DNA from: Candidatus Eiseniibacteriota bacterium
GTDB taxonomy: Bacteria; Eisenbacteria; RBG-16-71-46; CAZAMP01
Reading direction: 5' to 3'
Assembly (NCBI GenBank): GCA_965224245.1
Contig: OZ245046.1
Location: 5,696,001 to 5,760,000 of the forward strand
Length of the DNA stretch: 64,000 bases
Shown here: piece by piece, positions 32,668-42,340 of the stretch
Layout of the letters: each line of letters starts with the position of its first letter
How positions within the stretch are numbered: position 1 is the first letter of the stretch
The notes under the pieces: model-generated
Database searches by the model: none
What the model was told of the DNA's origin: nothing
What the model saw: the letters and a program-made list of their open reading frames with translations, nothing else
Program-made: the position numbers and the translations under genes

Positions 32668-34062
32668 CTAGCCGATCCGATCGCGCCCCTGCATGTGCGG
32701 CCGGAGCACCTCGGGGATCGTGATCGTCCCGTCCGCGTTCTGGTACATCTCCAGGATCGGGATCAGGATGCGGGGTGAGGCGATCACCGTGTTGTTGAGG
32801 CTGTGGCAGAAGGTCGTCTTTCCGTCCTCGTCGCGGTAGCGCATGTTCAGCCGCCGGCACTGGTAGTCGTACAGCCGCGAGGCCGAGTGGGTCTCGCCGT
32901 AGGCGCCCAGCGGCCGGTCGTCCGCGTCGCGCTCGCCCCGGCTCGGCATCCAGCACTCGATGTCGATCATGTCGGCGTTCTTGACCCCGAGATCACCGGT
33001 GCAGCACTGGATGAGCCGATGGGGCAGCTCGAGGGCGCGCAGGAGCTCCTCGACGATGCCGATCATCGTCCGGTGCCACTCGCGGCTCTCGGCCTCGTCG
33101 GCGCGGCAGATGACCACCTGCTCGACCTTGTCGAACTGATGGATCCGATAGAGCCCCGCGGTGTCCTTACCCGCGGAGCCCGCCTCGCGGCGGAAGCACG
33201 TCGACACGGTGGCGTACTTGAGAGGCAGCATCTGTGGATCGAGGATCTCGTCGGCGTGGAGGCTCATGAGCCCGACCTCGCCGGTGCCGGTCAGAAACAG
33301 ATCGTGGCCGCCGCTTCGCGACTCGTCGATGTGATAGGCCTGATCCCGCCCCGATGGGAAGAAACCCGTGCCCACCATCGACGCCTCGCGCACGATCACG
33401 GGCACCGACATCGGTCTGAATCCGTGCCGCGTCGTGATCAGATCGAAGCCGCAGCGCAGGACGGCCTGATGGAGCGCCATCCCATCGCCGCTGAGCGCGT
33501 AGTGACGTGTGCCCGACATCTTCACCGCGCGCTCGAACTCGACGAGACCGTGCAGATCGATCAGCTCGAGGTGCGTGCGGGGCGCGAAGCCCCGCTGGCT
33601 CTCGAACGTCTCGCTCGTGTCGAAGCCGTCGGGGTTCCAGCGCGAGATCTCGACGTTGTCGTCCTCGCTCCGACCCTTGGGGACGTCGGGGTCGGGTGGC
33701 TGTGGGATGAGTCGCCACAGGTCCATCCGCTCGGGCTCGATTCGCTCGATCTCCTCGGCATGGGCCTGGATCTCGGCTTTCAGCACCTCGGGCCGCCGCT
33801 GCAGCTCGGCGATCTCGGCCTCGACCCGCTCGCGCTCGGCGCCCTCCAGCTTGGCGAGCTGTCCCTTCAGCTGGCCGATCCTGGGTCCCACCTCGCGGCC
33901 CAGCCGCTTCTGCTCGGCGCGGCGGCTCTCCATGTCGGCTTTGCAGCGGCGCAGGCGTTCGTCGAGCGCGAGGAGATGCGGGATGTCCACCTCCACGCCC
34001 TTGTCCCGGGCGCCCCGGATGAAACGCTCGGGGTCCGCGCGCAACGCCTTGAAGTCGATCAT
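32668..34062 (-). CDS. serS: Serine--tRNA ligase
   Basis: N-terminal coiled coil, TGTGE, CFRREAGSAGKDTAGLYRIHQFDKVE, HSLNNT and IPEVLRP. Confidence 0.96.
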   Translation of the reverse strand: MIDFKALRADPERFIRGARDKGVEVDIPHLLALDERLRRCKADMESRRAEQKRLGREVGPRIGQLKGQLAKLEGAERERVEAEIAELQRRPEVLKAEIQAHAEEIERIEPERMDLWRLIPQPPDPDVPKGRSEDDNVEISRWNPDGFDTSETFESQRGFAPRTHLELIDLHGLVEFERAVKMSGTRHYALSGDGMALHQAVLRCGFDLITTRHGFRPMSVPVIVREASMVGTGFFPSGRDQAYHIDESRSGGHDLFLTGTGEVGLMSLHADEILDPQMLPLKYATVSTCFRREAGSAGKDTAGLYRIHQFDKVEQVVICRADEAESREWHRTMIGIVEELLRALELPHRLIQCCTGDLGVKNADMIDIECWMPSRGERDADDRPLGAYGETHSASRLYDYQCRRLNMRYRDEDGKTTFCHSLNNTVIASPRILIPILEMYQNADGTITIPEVLRPHMQGRDRIG

Positions 34063-34090
34063 CGTCGGGTTTCCTCGCCCGGTCGTGGGC

Positions 34091-34519
34091 TCAGTTCATC
34101 AAGCCGGGGGCCACGAGCGCGAACTCGTCGATCTTGACGGTTCGGGTCTGGTTGTCGTCGTCGATCACCTCGTACGTGCCGCGCATGAACCCGAGGTTCG
34201 TGGGCAGCGGGACCGAGCTCTGGTACTCGAAGCTCTCGCCGGGCACCAGGCGCGGCTGCTCACCCACGACGCCCGTTCCCTTGACCTCGTGGCGATGCCC
34301 CACGCCGTCGGTGATGATCCAGCGTCGCCGCATCACGCGAATCGCGGCGGGTCCTTCGTTCGAGATGCGGATCCGGTATGCGAACACGTACCGCCCCTGG
34401 TCGGCGGCAGAGTGCTGCGGGGAGAAGTAGCTGACCACCGTCACGCGGACGCCGTCCGTGACGGCCTCCGACCGGGTTCGCGCCGGGTTGTCCGGCGACC
34501 ACAGATACTCGGTTCGCAC
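34091..34519 (-). CDS. apaG: ApaG protein
   Basis: YVFAYRIRI, RRWIITD, GTGVVGEQP, FEYQS and GFMRGTY. Confidence 0.93.
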   Translation of the reverse strand: MRTEYLWSPDNPARTRSEAVTDGVRVTVVSYFSPQHSAADQGRYVFAYRIRISNEGPAAIRVMRRRWIITDGVGHRHEVKGTGVVGEQPRLVPGESFEYQSSVPLPTNLGFMRGTYEVIDDDNQTRTVKIDEFALVAPGLMN

Positions 34520-34648
34520 CGTGGGTCCTCGGGTCGTGTCGTGGCCGGTCGGCCGGCCGGTGGCCCCGCCGGAGGCGGGAGTCGGGCGAAAACGTTGGGA
34601 TCCGGGCTGCCGGACGTTAGAGTGACCGCCGCCCTCGCTCGCCGGCCC

Positions 34649-34873
34649 TCAGGCCGACTGGCGCAGGAGGCGGACGATCTCGCCGTCCTCGGGAAACCGC
34701 CGCAGCTCGAGCTTCGAGAAGACCAGGCTGCCGTCGCGCCGGATCTCGAAGGCTCCTCCGCGGGACTCGACGAGCTCGGGCTTCACGCCCAGCTCACGTT
34801 CGATCTCGTCCGCCAAACTGGCGGCTGCCGGACCGTAGTTTCACTGAACGCAGTATGCGATGGACACCGTCAT
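34649..34873 (-). CDS. Rdx (SelW/SelT/SelH-like) selenoprotein with in-frame UGA (CxxU)
   Basis: Reading through TGA 34843-34841 gives the 74-aa MTVSIAYCVQUNYGPAAASLADEIERELGVKPELVESRGGAFEIRRDGSLVFSKLELRRFPEDGEIVRLLRQSA, with YCxxU, GxFEI and VFSK..RFP motifs. Confidence 0.9.
34810..34824 (-). promoter_or_regulatory. Candidate bacterial SECIS hairpin
   Basis: mRNA CCGCCA-GUU-UGGCGG starts 16 nt after the UGA; the loop begins with G. Confidence 0.7.
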
Positions 34874-35018
34874 GGTCACTCCCAGTCGAGGTCGAACCGG
34901 ACACCGAAAACGATCGGAACAGGGTACCGGGAGCCCTCGTACGGCGCAACCATGCGCCAACGGGCCCGCCGCGCGGGCCCGCCGGATCACCACCGCCGCG
35001 TCCCGCGCGGTGGTCACG

Positions 35019-36200
35019 ATGGCCGTGGGGGCCGCGATCACCGTGTCGCTCGTCGTGACCGCGGCGCTCGCGGCGTCGTCCCGTCCGCCGGATCGGGGCG
35101 CGCTCGAACGCATGTGCCGCGAGGTGTCGGCCGCCGCGCTCGTGGATGCCGACACCGGGCAGCCGCTGTTCCTGTACGAGGCCGACGCCGTCCTGCCACC
35201 CGCGTCCACGGTCAAGCTGATGTTGCTCCTGGTGGCCTCCGAGGAGCTGGCCCGTTCGGGACGGGGTCCGGCCGACAGCATCCGGATCTCGCGTCGCGCG
35301 CGCGCGACCGGCGGTCAGCAGCTCTACCTCGAGGAGGGCGAGCGATACAGCATCGAGACGCTCGCCCTGGCCACGGCCGTGCACTCGGCCAACGACGCGG
35401 CGGTCGCGCTGGCCGAGGGCCTCTTCGGATCCTACGAGCGCGCGGTCTCCCGGATGAACGCGCGGGCCTCGGAGCTGGGTCTCGGAGCCACACGCTTTCG
35501 CACGCCGCACGGTCTGCCGGCGGGCTGGGGCCAGAAGGGCGATCGCTCGACCGCGCACGATCTGGCCCGCCTGGCTCGCGCGGCGAGCGCCGATACGATG
35601 GTCGCGCGCTGGTGTGCGGTACAGCGGACGCCGTTTCCGGGTCGCGACCTCATCCTGATCAACACCAACACGCTCCTTCGCGACGGCGACCACGTCACCG
35701 GCCTCAAGACCGGCTTCACCCAGCGTGCGAGGTACTGCTTCATCGGATCGGCCGAGCGCGACGGTCGCCGTCTCGTGTGCGCGATACTCGGATCGCCGTC
35801 CAGCCGGGCCCGGTTTCGTCTGGCCTCCGCGCTCTTCGCGTTCGGCTTCGATCGCTGCCGACGGCGGCTCGTGTTGCCCGCCGGCGTGGAGGTGGCCACG
35901 CGTACGGTGATCGGCGGCGCGGACGTGACCGAGGTCGCGGTCGCACCGCGTGACTCGCTCTGGCTCTGGCAGGACGAGGACGACGCGACACCTCCTCAGG
36001 TGTTCGTGGCCGTGTCCGACTCGTTGACGGCGCCGCTGTCCGAGGGGGAGGTCGTCGGCGAGGTCCGCCTGTACGTCGGCAATCATCTCTCGGGCCGGAC
36101 CTCGGCGCAGGTGGCGCGCTCGGTGGCCGAGGTGTCGGGATGGCGCCGCTTCCTCGATCACTTCGTGGACCGGTCTCCGCCGGAGGCGAAGGGCCCGTGA
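35019..36200 (+). CDS. dacA: D-alanyl-D-alanine carboxypeptidase (peptidase S11, PBP5-like)
   Basis: PASTVK (SxxK), SAND (SxN) and KTGFT motifs; start position uncertain. Confidence 0.88.
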   Translation: MAVGAAITVSLVVTAALAASSRPPDRGALERMCREVSAAALVDADTGQPLFLYEADAVLPPASTVKLMLLLVASEELARSGRGPADSIRISRRARATGGQQLYLEEGERYSIETLALATAVHSANDAAVALAEGLFGSYERAVSRMNARASELGLGATRFRTPHGLPAGWGQKGDRSTAHDLARLARAASADTMVARWCAVQRTPFPGRDLILINTNTLLRDGDHVTGLKTGFTQRARYCFIGSAERDGRRLVCAILGSPSSRARFRLASALFAFGFDRCRRRLVLPAGVEVATRTVIGGADVTEVAVAPRDSLWLWQDEDDATPPQVFVAVSDSLTAPLSEGEVVGEVRLYVGNHLSGRTSAQVARSVAEVSGWRRFLDHFVDRSPPEAKGP

Positions 36201-38044
36201 TCGGCTCTGCCCGGGGGTGGACGTCGGTCGCGGTCGCGCTCGTGCTCTTCGGGATCTACCGCCTCACGCTGGCCCCGAGCATCGGCATCGGAGACTCGGG
36301 CGAGCTGGTCACCGCGGCGGCCACGCTGGGGATCGCGCACCCGCCGGGGTATCCCCTCTGGTGCCTGGTGATGCACCCGTTCACGATGCTGCCGGGCGTG
36401 AGCCCGGCGTTCGCCGTGAACCTGGCGACCGCGCTCTCGTCGTCGGTCGCGGCCGCCCTCGTTGCGTGGATCGCCGCCGGACGCCTGGCGGCACCGCCGT
36501 TCCTGGCCGGCGCGGTCGCGCTCGTGCACGGGGTGAGCCCCGTCCTCTGGAGTCAGTCCATCGTGGCCGAGGTGTACGCGTTCAACCTGGTCGTGGTGCT
36601 GGGGTTGGTGGCGGCGACGCTTTCCCGGGCGTCGGCCTCGCCGCTCGTTCCGTTCCTGTCGGCGCTGGCGCTCGTCTCGCACGGGAGCAACGCCGGCATC
36701 GTGGGGGTCGTCGTCGTGCTGTGGGCACGGCGCGCGGTGCGGGGAGCCGACCGGGCACGGTCGGTGATCCTGGGCGGCGTGGCCGCCCTGGTCGGGCTCT
36801 CGCCGCTGCTGTACCTGCCGGTGCGCTCGGCGACGCTGCCCGCGCTCGACTGGGGGCACCCGGCGGACCTCCATGCGTTTCTCGCGCACGTGACGCGCGC
36901 GCAGTACGGGGGGCTGTCCTGGCCACCGGCGGGTGTCCTGGTCGACATGCTCGCTGCCTGGTGGCGGGCCGACTCCGCGGGCGCGCTCACGACGACGCTC
37001 GGACCGCTGGCGGTACTGGGCGTCGTGACCACGTCCCGCTGCCCGCGCCGGGGCGAGCGCCCGCCCGGAACCGACGTCGCGGGCGCCGTTCGCACGCTGG
37101 CGCTCCTGGCCGGAATCGCGATCGTGGGCGGGATCGCCTCGGTCGCGAGCGGACTGCACGGCGAGCAGCTCCTCGAGCCCGAGGTGTTCTGGATTCCGTC
37201 GTACGCGCTTCTGGCGCTCCTGGCCGCGCACGGTATCGCGGCGCTCGGCCGCGGGGCGTCGCGGGTCGGTGCGCCCGCCGCGGTCGCGGCCGCGCTGGCG
37301 CTGACGATTCTCGGGTGGCCCCGTGTGGATCGCGCCGACAGCTGGATCGCCGAGGACTACGGGCGGGCACTCTTGACGTCCATGCCCGAGCGAGCGGTCC
37401 TCTACGTGACCGCCGACTACCAGGCGTTCTCGATCATGTATCTCCAGACGATCGAGCACCTGCGGCCCGACGTCTCGCTCCGTACCGTGGACGCCCCGCC
37501 TGCCCGCGACGCGTACGGTCACCGGGCGCCGCCGCTCCGGACGCTCGTGGGAGGTGATCGACCGATCTTCGTCACGGTCCCGAAGCCTCCGTTCGATGCG
37601 CTGCCCACGACACCGGAGGGCCTCGCGTTTCGAGTGGGGAACACCGAGCCGTCGTGGACGCCGATCTCGCTCCGGCATCCGGACGACCGCGTCCCGTCCG
37701 TGTTCGAGCGGTCGGCGCTCTACGCGGTACGGTTTCACGAGGCCGCGTACCGCTTCGCGATCGGTGACGAGGCCGGCGCGGTGCGCTCCGCCGCCGCGGC
37801 GGCCCGGTGCGTGCCGGACCTCGCCAGCGCGCTCTCGGACCTGGCGACGCTGCTCGCGACGAACGGGGTTCACGATCGCGCCGACCACCTGTGGCGGCGC
37901 GCGGTGGAGCTGGACCCGACCGACGTTCGGACCTGGCGGAACCTGATCTTGCTGCAGGAGCTGCTCGAGCGACCGGGCGAGGCGGCACGCCTCGCCGCCC
38001 GAGCGCGCGCACACCACCCCGGTGTGGCCGAGTTCCGGCGCTGA
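36197..38044 (+). CDS. DUF2723 (TMEM260-like) GT-C membrane glycosyltransferase with C-terminal TPR
   Basis: GDSGEL...GIAHPPGYPLW, AEVY and YLPVRS motifs; many TM segments; TPR-like tail (AVELDP). Confidence 0.85.
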   Translation: MIGSARGWTSVAVALVLFGIYRLTLAPSIGIGDSGELVTAAATLGIAHPPGYPLWCLVMHPFTMLPGVSPAFAVNLATALSSSVAAALVAWIAAGRLAAPPFLAGAVALVHGVSPVLWSQSIVAEVYAFNLVVVLGLVAATLSRASASPLVPFLSALALVSHGSNAGIVGVVVVLWARRAVRGADRARSVILGGVAALVGLSPLLYLPVRSATLPALDWGHPADLHAFLAHVTRAQYGGLSWPPAGVLVDMLAAWWRADSAGALTTTLGPLAVLGVVTTSRCPRRGERPPGTDVAGAVRTLALLAGIAIVGGIASVASGLHGEQLLEPEVFWIPSYALLALLAAHGIAALGRGASRVGAPAAVAAALALTILGWPRVDRADSWIAEDYGRALLTSMPERAVLYVTADYQAFSIMYLQTIEHLRPDVSLRTVDAPPARDAYGHRAPPLRTLVGGDRPIFVTVPKPPFDALPTTPEGLAFRVGNTEPSWTPISLRHPDDRVPSVFERSALYAVRFHEAAYRFAIGDEAGAVRSAAAAARCVPDLASALSDLATLLATNGVHDRADHLWRRAVELDPTDVRTWRNLILLQELLERPGEAARLAARARAHHPGVAEFRR

Positions 38045-38152
38045 CGTCGCCGCCGCCGCCACCGCGCCTTCTCGACGCGCGAACCGGATGTCCCCCGCCG
38101 GGGTAAAGCTTGGTACCTTCGCGCCAGCCCGGATCAAGGAGTTGCCAGGCCG

Positions 38153-39940
38153 ATGTCCCGATCGAGCTGGATCGCCGCCGTCGCGGTCACGTCCGTGAGC
38201 CTGTCGTGTGCGCCACCCCCGTCGCCCGTGGAGGCGCCGGCTCCGCGTCAGGCGGCGCCGCGCCCGGTGGCCGTGGAATCCGAGAACCTGGGCGACTTCG
38301 AGCTGGGTCTCCGGATCGCGATGGAGGCGTATCGCCAGATCGGCGTCGTCGAGGACGACTCGCTGAACGCGCTGGTCCAGGACGTCGGCTACCGGGTGGC
38401 GTCCGTCGTGCGGAGCGACGCACCCTTCACCTTTCACGTCATCGACATGCCCGACCCGAACGCATTCGCGCTGCCGGGCGGCTTCGTCTTCGTCACGCGC
38501 GGCATGCTGGAGCTGGGGCTGACCGAGTCCGAGCTGGCCGCGCTGATCGGGCACGAGATCGGACACGTCGCCCGCAACCACTTCGCCCGATCGCAACGCC
38601 TGTCGAGCGTCCTGTCGATCGCGCAGCTCGCGTTGACGGTGGGGGTTCTCCTGGCAGGGGACGGAGGCTCGCCGTCCTACGCACCGAGATACGAGGTGGA
38701 CGACGACGTCATCTACCGGGGGAGCACCGGCCGCGATGCCGTCGTTCAGGGCGTACCTGCGTTCGGGGGGCTGTTTCGAACGCTCGTCGAGCGCAAGTAC
38801 GGCCGCGGGCTGGAGTACGAGGCCGACGAGTTCGGCGCGAGGGCCGCGGTGCAGTCCGGCTACGCCACCGACTCGGCCGAGCGCATGCTGCGTCGCTTCC
38901 GCCGCCACATCCACGACGATCAGACCTACGGCTACTGGCTCACCCATCCGTTCTTCCCCGATCGGATCGACCGGGCGGAGCTGTTCTCGCGCTCTCTGGA
39001 GCGTCCCGCCGAGCCGCCGTCGGCGTTTCAGTACCGGCGGCGCGTCCGCGAGCGGCTGATCGCGATCGCCTCGGCCCGGGGCGCCGAGGACGACGACTCG
39101 GCGGCCTTCATCTACCACCTCGCGCTGGCAGCCGAGCCGTTCGGCAAGTCGGGACTCGAGGCGGGACACGAGATCCTCCGGTTCCGAACGCGTCGAAACG
39201 ACGGGAAGCCGCTCCTCACGCGCGAGCTGTGGCCGATCGTGGCCGACTACGATTCGCTGATCACGGTCAGCGAACGAATCGATGCGGGCGGAGAGCTGAC
39301 CGAGAAGCTACGAGCCGACCGGGACAGTGTCGAGGCCACGCGCCGGGGAGCGCTGTCGGAGTACTACGATCGGCTCGACCGGGACGTCCGCGCCACGAGC
39401 CTGCTCGAGCGCTTCGTGCGGAACTACCCCGACAGTGAACGACTCGACGAGATGCGCTTCAATCTGGCCGAGAACTACCGGCGATCCGGCCGGAGCGATC
39501 TGGCCGCCGAGACCTACCTGAAGCTGATCGAGTCGTCTTCGGACAGCGTGTGGGCCGCGCGCGCGGCCGGTGCGATGCCGTCCATCGTGCCCAGGATCGA
39601 GAGTGCGATCGTGATGCAGGAGCTGCTCGACGCCGACGTTCCCGATTCTCTGGCTCGCCCCGCGCGCGCGCGGATGGACACGCTCGTCACCGACGTGGAC
39701 ACGCTCGAGGAGGCGAGCGAGTTCCTCGAGCGATTCCCGAACAGCGACCATGCACCGGCCATGCGGAATCGCCTGGACGAAGCCGCACACGCCGCGTTCC
39801 GGGAGGCGCGCATCCTGGAAGGTGTCTCCCGCCAGCAGCAGGCGCTCGATGCCTATCATCGAATCCTGTTTCTGGCCCCCGACTCGCCGACGGCCACCGA
39901 AGCGCGTGCCCGCATCGATGTGCTCGTCGGTCCCGGGTGA
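38153..39940 (+). CDS. M48 zinc metalloprotease lipoprotein (BepA-like) with C-terminal BamD/TPR-like repeats
   Basis: Lipobox SLSC, PNAFALPGG, HEIGH, EYEAD and THP; repeats YPDS / FPNS / APDS. Confidence 0.88.
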   Translation: MSRSSWIAAVAVTSVSLSCAPPPSPVEAPAPRQAAPRPVAVESENLGDFELGLRIAMEAYRQIGVVEDDSLNALVQDVGYRVASVVRSDAPFTFHVIDMPDPNAFALPGGFVFVTRGMLELGLTESELAALIGHEIGHVARNHFARSQRLSSVLSIAQLALTVGVLLAGDGGSPSYAPRYEVDDDVIYRGSTGRDAVVQGVPAFGGLFRTLVERKYGRGLEYEADEFGARAAVQSGYATDSAERMLRRFRRHIHDDQTYGYWLTHPFFPDRIDRAELFSRSLERPAEPPSAFQYRRRVRERLIAIASARGAEDDDSAAFIYHLALAAEPFGKSGLEAGHEILRFRTRRNDGKPLLTRELWPIVADYDSLITVSERIDAGGELTEKLRADRDSVEATRRGALSEYYDRLDRDVRATSLLERFVRNYPDSERLDEMRFNLAENYRRSGRSDLAAETYLKLIESSSDSVWAARAAGAMPSIVPRIESAIVMQELLDADVPDSLARPARARMDTLVTDVDTLEEASEFLERFPNSDHAPAMRNRLDEAAHAAFREARILEGVSRQQQALDAYHRILFLAPDSPTATEARARIDVLVGPG

Positions 39941-39960
39941 TCGCGGGCGGGGGATTTCCC

Positions 39961-39989
39961 TTGACCGGTTCCTGGCGGGCGCTCACCAT
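39961..39989 (+). promoter_or_regulatory. Sigma70-like promoter upstream of the aminotransferase
   Basis: TTGACC-17 bp-CACCAT. Confidence 0.4.
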
Positions 39990-40086
39990 CCCAGCTCGTC
40001 CCTCCCGACAGGCCACGAAGCCGTAAGTCTCACACTGCAATAGAGTTGAGTTGCGCGTGATCGGCGCGCTGGAAGAGGGCACACAC

Positions 40087-41283
40087 GTGATAGCGACGCG
40101 GTTCGGACGGGTGGCGATCTCGGCCACGATGCAGGTCTCGGCGGCGGCCAAGCGCATGAGGGCCGAGGGCGTCGACATCGTCGATCTGAGCATGGGCGAG
40201 CCCGACTTTCCCACCCCGGACCACATCAAGGCGGCCGCGAAACGCGCCATCGACCAGAACGAGACGCGATACACGATCAACGCGGGCACGGTCGCGCTGC
40301 GCAAGGCGATCGCCGAGCGCATGCGTCTGGACTTCGGTCTCGAGTACGAGCTGGACGAGATCATCGTGTCGAGCGGGGCCAAGCAGTCGATGTTCAACGC
40401 GTACGCCGCGCTGGTGGATCCCGGCGATCGCGTGCTGATCCCGGCGCCGTTCTGGGTGTCCTACCCCGAGATGGTGAAGCTCCTCGGCGGCGACCCGATC
40501 GTGATTCCGTGCGACGAGTCCGCCGGGTTCCTCCTGACGCCCGAGTCGCTGGGCCCGCATCTGGACGGCGCGAAGGTGCTCACGCTCAACTCGCCGTCGA
40601 ATCCGACCGGCGCCACCTACGAGCCCGACGTACTCCGCGAGCTGGTGACGATGGCCGTCGAGGCCGGCGTCACGGTCATCAGCGACGAGATCTACGAGAA
40701 GATGACGTATCCACCGACGACGGCTCTGTCGGCCGCGTCGGTGTCCGAGGCCGCAAAGGCGCGCACCGTGGTCGTGAACGGCGTGAGCAAGACGTACGCG
40801 ATGACGGGCTGGCGCATCGGCTACGCGGCGGGGCCCGGCGACGTCATCAAGGCGATGGGCGTGCTTCAGAGCCACAGCACGTCGAATGCGTGCTCGGTCT
40901 CGCAGGCCGCGAGCCTGGCCGCGCTGTCCGGTCCGCAGGACGTCGTCACCGAGATGGTCGGCGAGTTCGCGGCGCGACGCTCGCTCGCGATGGAGCGTCT
41001 GGCCGGGATTCCCGGGTGGACCTGCGTCACGCCCGGGGGGGCGTTCTATCTCTTCCCGAACGCGTCGGCGTCGCTGGGCACGCGGCACCCTCAGTTCGGC
41101 AACGTCGACACCACGATCGACCTGGCGACGTATCTCATCGAGCACGGACACGTGGCGGTGGTGCCGGGCGAGGGCTTCGGAGCCCCGGGCTTTCTCAGAC
41201 TCTCCTACGCGGCGTCGCGCGAGCGCATCACGACCGCCTTCGACCGGATCCGGTCGGCGCTCGACGCGCTGCGCCCGCGCTGA
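40087..41283 (+). CDS. aspC: Class I PLP-dependent aminotransferase (aspartate aminotransferase)
   Basis: GEPDFPTP, GAKQ, NSPSNPTG, SDEIY, SKTYAMTGWRIG, GAFY and RLSYA. Confidence 0.9.
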   Translation: MIATRFGRVAISATMQVSAAAKRMRAEGVDIVDLSMGEPDFPTPDHIKAAAKRAIDQNETRYTINAGTVALRKAIAERMRLDFGLEYELDEIIVSSGAKQSMFNAYAALVDPGDRVLIPAPFWVSYPEMVKLLGGDPIVIPCDESAGFLLTPESLGPHLDGAKVLTLNSPSNPTGATYEPDVLRELVTMAVEAGVTVISDEIYEKMTYPPTTALSAASVSEAAKARTVVVNGVSKTYAMTGWRIGYAAGPGDVIKAMGVLQSHSTSNACSVSQAASLAALSGPQDVVTEMVGEFAARRSLAMERLAGIPGWTCVTPGGAFYLFPNASASLGTRHPQFGNVDTTIDLATYLIEHGHVAVVPGEGFGAPGFLRLSYAASRERITTAFDRIRSALDALRPR

Positions 41284-41371
41284 TCCGTCCGATCGGGACG
41301 GACGCCACCCGATCGTCCGGCGCGTCCGAGGACGACGATCTCGCGGCGCGCGTCGGGGGGGAGTCGCGCGA

Positions 41372-42340
41372 CTAGCGCGGAACGTGCTCGTGCGCGTGAT
41401 ACGAGCTCCGTACGAGGGGCCCGCTCTCCACGTGCTTGAAGCCCATCTCGCGACCGATGGCGGCGAGAGCGTCGAACTCCTCGGGCGTGTACCACGTCTG
41501 CACCGGAAGGTGCTTCAGCGACGGCGACAGGTACTGTCCGATCGTGACCACGTCGACGTCGCACGCGCGAAGATCGTGGAGGAGGCTCACGATCTGATCG
41601 TGCGTCTCGCCGAGCCCCACCATCAGTCCGCTCTTGGTGACCATCGCGCCGGCGGACGTCGTCGCGGCCCGATCGGCGGCGCGACGCAGCAGGGCGAGGC
41701 TGGTCGCGTACCGCGCCTGGGGGCGGACCGTCTTGTAGAGCGCGGGCACGGTCTCGATGTTGTGGTTGAGGACGTCGGGAGCCGCGTCGAGGACGGCGTC
41801 GATCGCGGCCTCGTTGCCCTCGAAGTCGGGAATCAGGACCTCGACCGCGCACTCCGGCGAGAGCGCTCGTATGGACTGGATCGTCTCCACGAACTGGGCG
41901 GCACCGCCGTCGGGGATGTCGTCGCGATTGACCGCCGTGACCACCGCATGGCGGATCCCGAGCTCGCGTACGGCCTCGCCGACGTGCCGCGGCTCATCGG
42001 GATCGAGGGGGTCGGGATGGAGGCTCGCGACGGCACAGAAGCCGCAGGTCCGCGTGCACCGCTCGCCGTTGATCATGAACGTGGCGGTGCCGTGCGCCCA
42101 GCACTCGTAGATGTTGGGGCAGCGTGCCTCCTCGCACACGGTGGTGAGAGCCTTGGCGCGGGACAGCTTCTTGAGCGCGAAGAACTCGGGCTTGGCCTTC
42201 AGATCGACCTTGATCCACTCGGGTCGCTCCCCGAGCGCGGCGTGCCGTTCACGGAGCTCGGCGGTGCGTGCCGAACCGCCGGAGGCGGGGCGAAAGCGGA
42301 TGGGCCGGGACCCGGGTGTCGTCGTCAGCGGTCGAGCCAT
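41372..42340 (-). CDS. lipA: Lipoyl synthase
   Basis: CEEARCPNIYEC, radical-SAM CTRTCGFC, HNIETV, GQYL and VRSSY. Confidence 0.97.
   Translation of the reverse strand: MARPLTTTPGSRPIRFRPASGGSARTAELRERHAALGERPEWIKVDLKAKPEFFALKKLSRAKALTTVCEEARCPNIYECWAHGTATFMINGERCTRTCGFCAVASLHPDPLDPDEPRHVGEAVRELGIRHAVVTAVNRDDIPDGGAAQFVETIQSIRALSPECAVEVLIPDFEGNEAAIDAVLDAAPDVLNHNIETVPALYKTVRPQARYATSLALLRRAADRAATTSAGAMVTKSGLMVGLGETHDQIVSLLHDLRACDVDVVTIGQYLSPSLKHLPVQTWYTPEEFDALAAIGREMGFKHVESGPLVRSSYHAHEHVPR

Noticed and set aside
34860-35018. Longest start (34860) for the dacA ORF
   Set aside because: It would overlap the start of the divergent selenoprotein gene and put the signal/TM segment more than 50 aa inside the protein.
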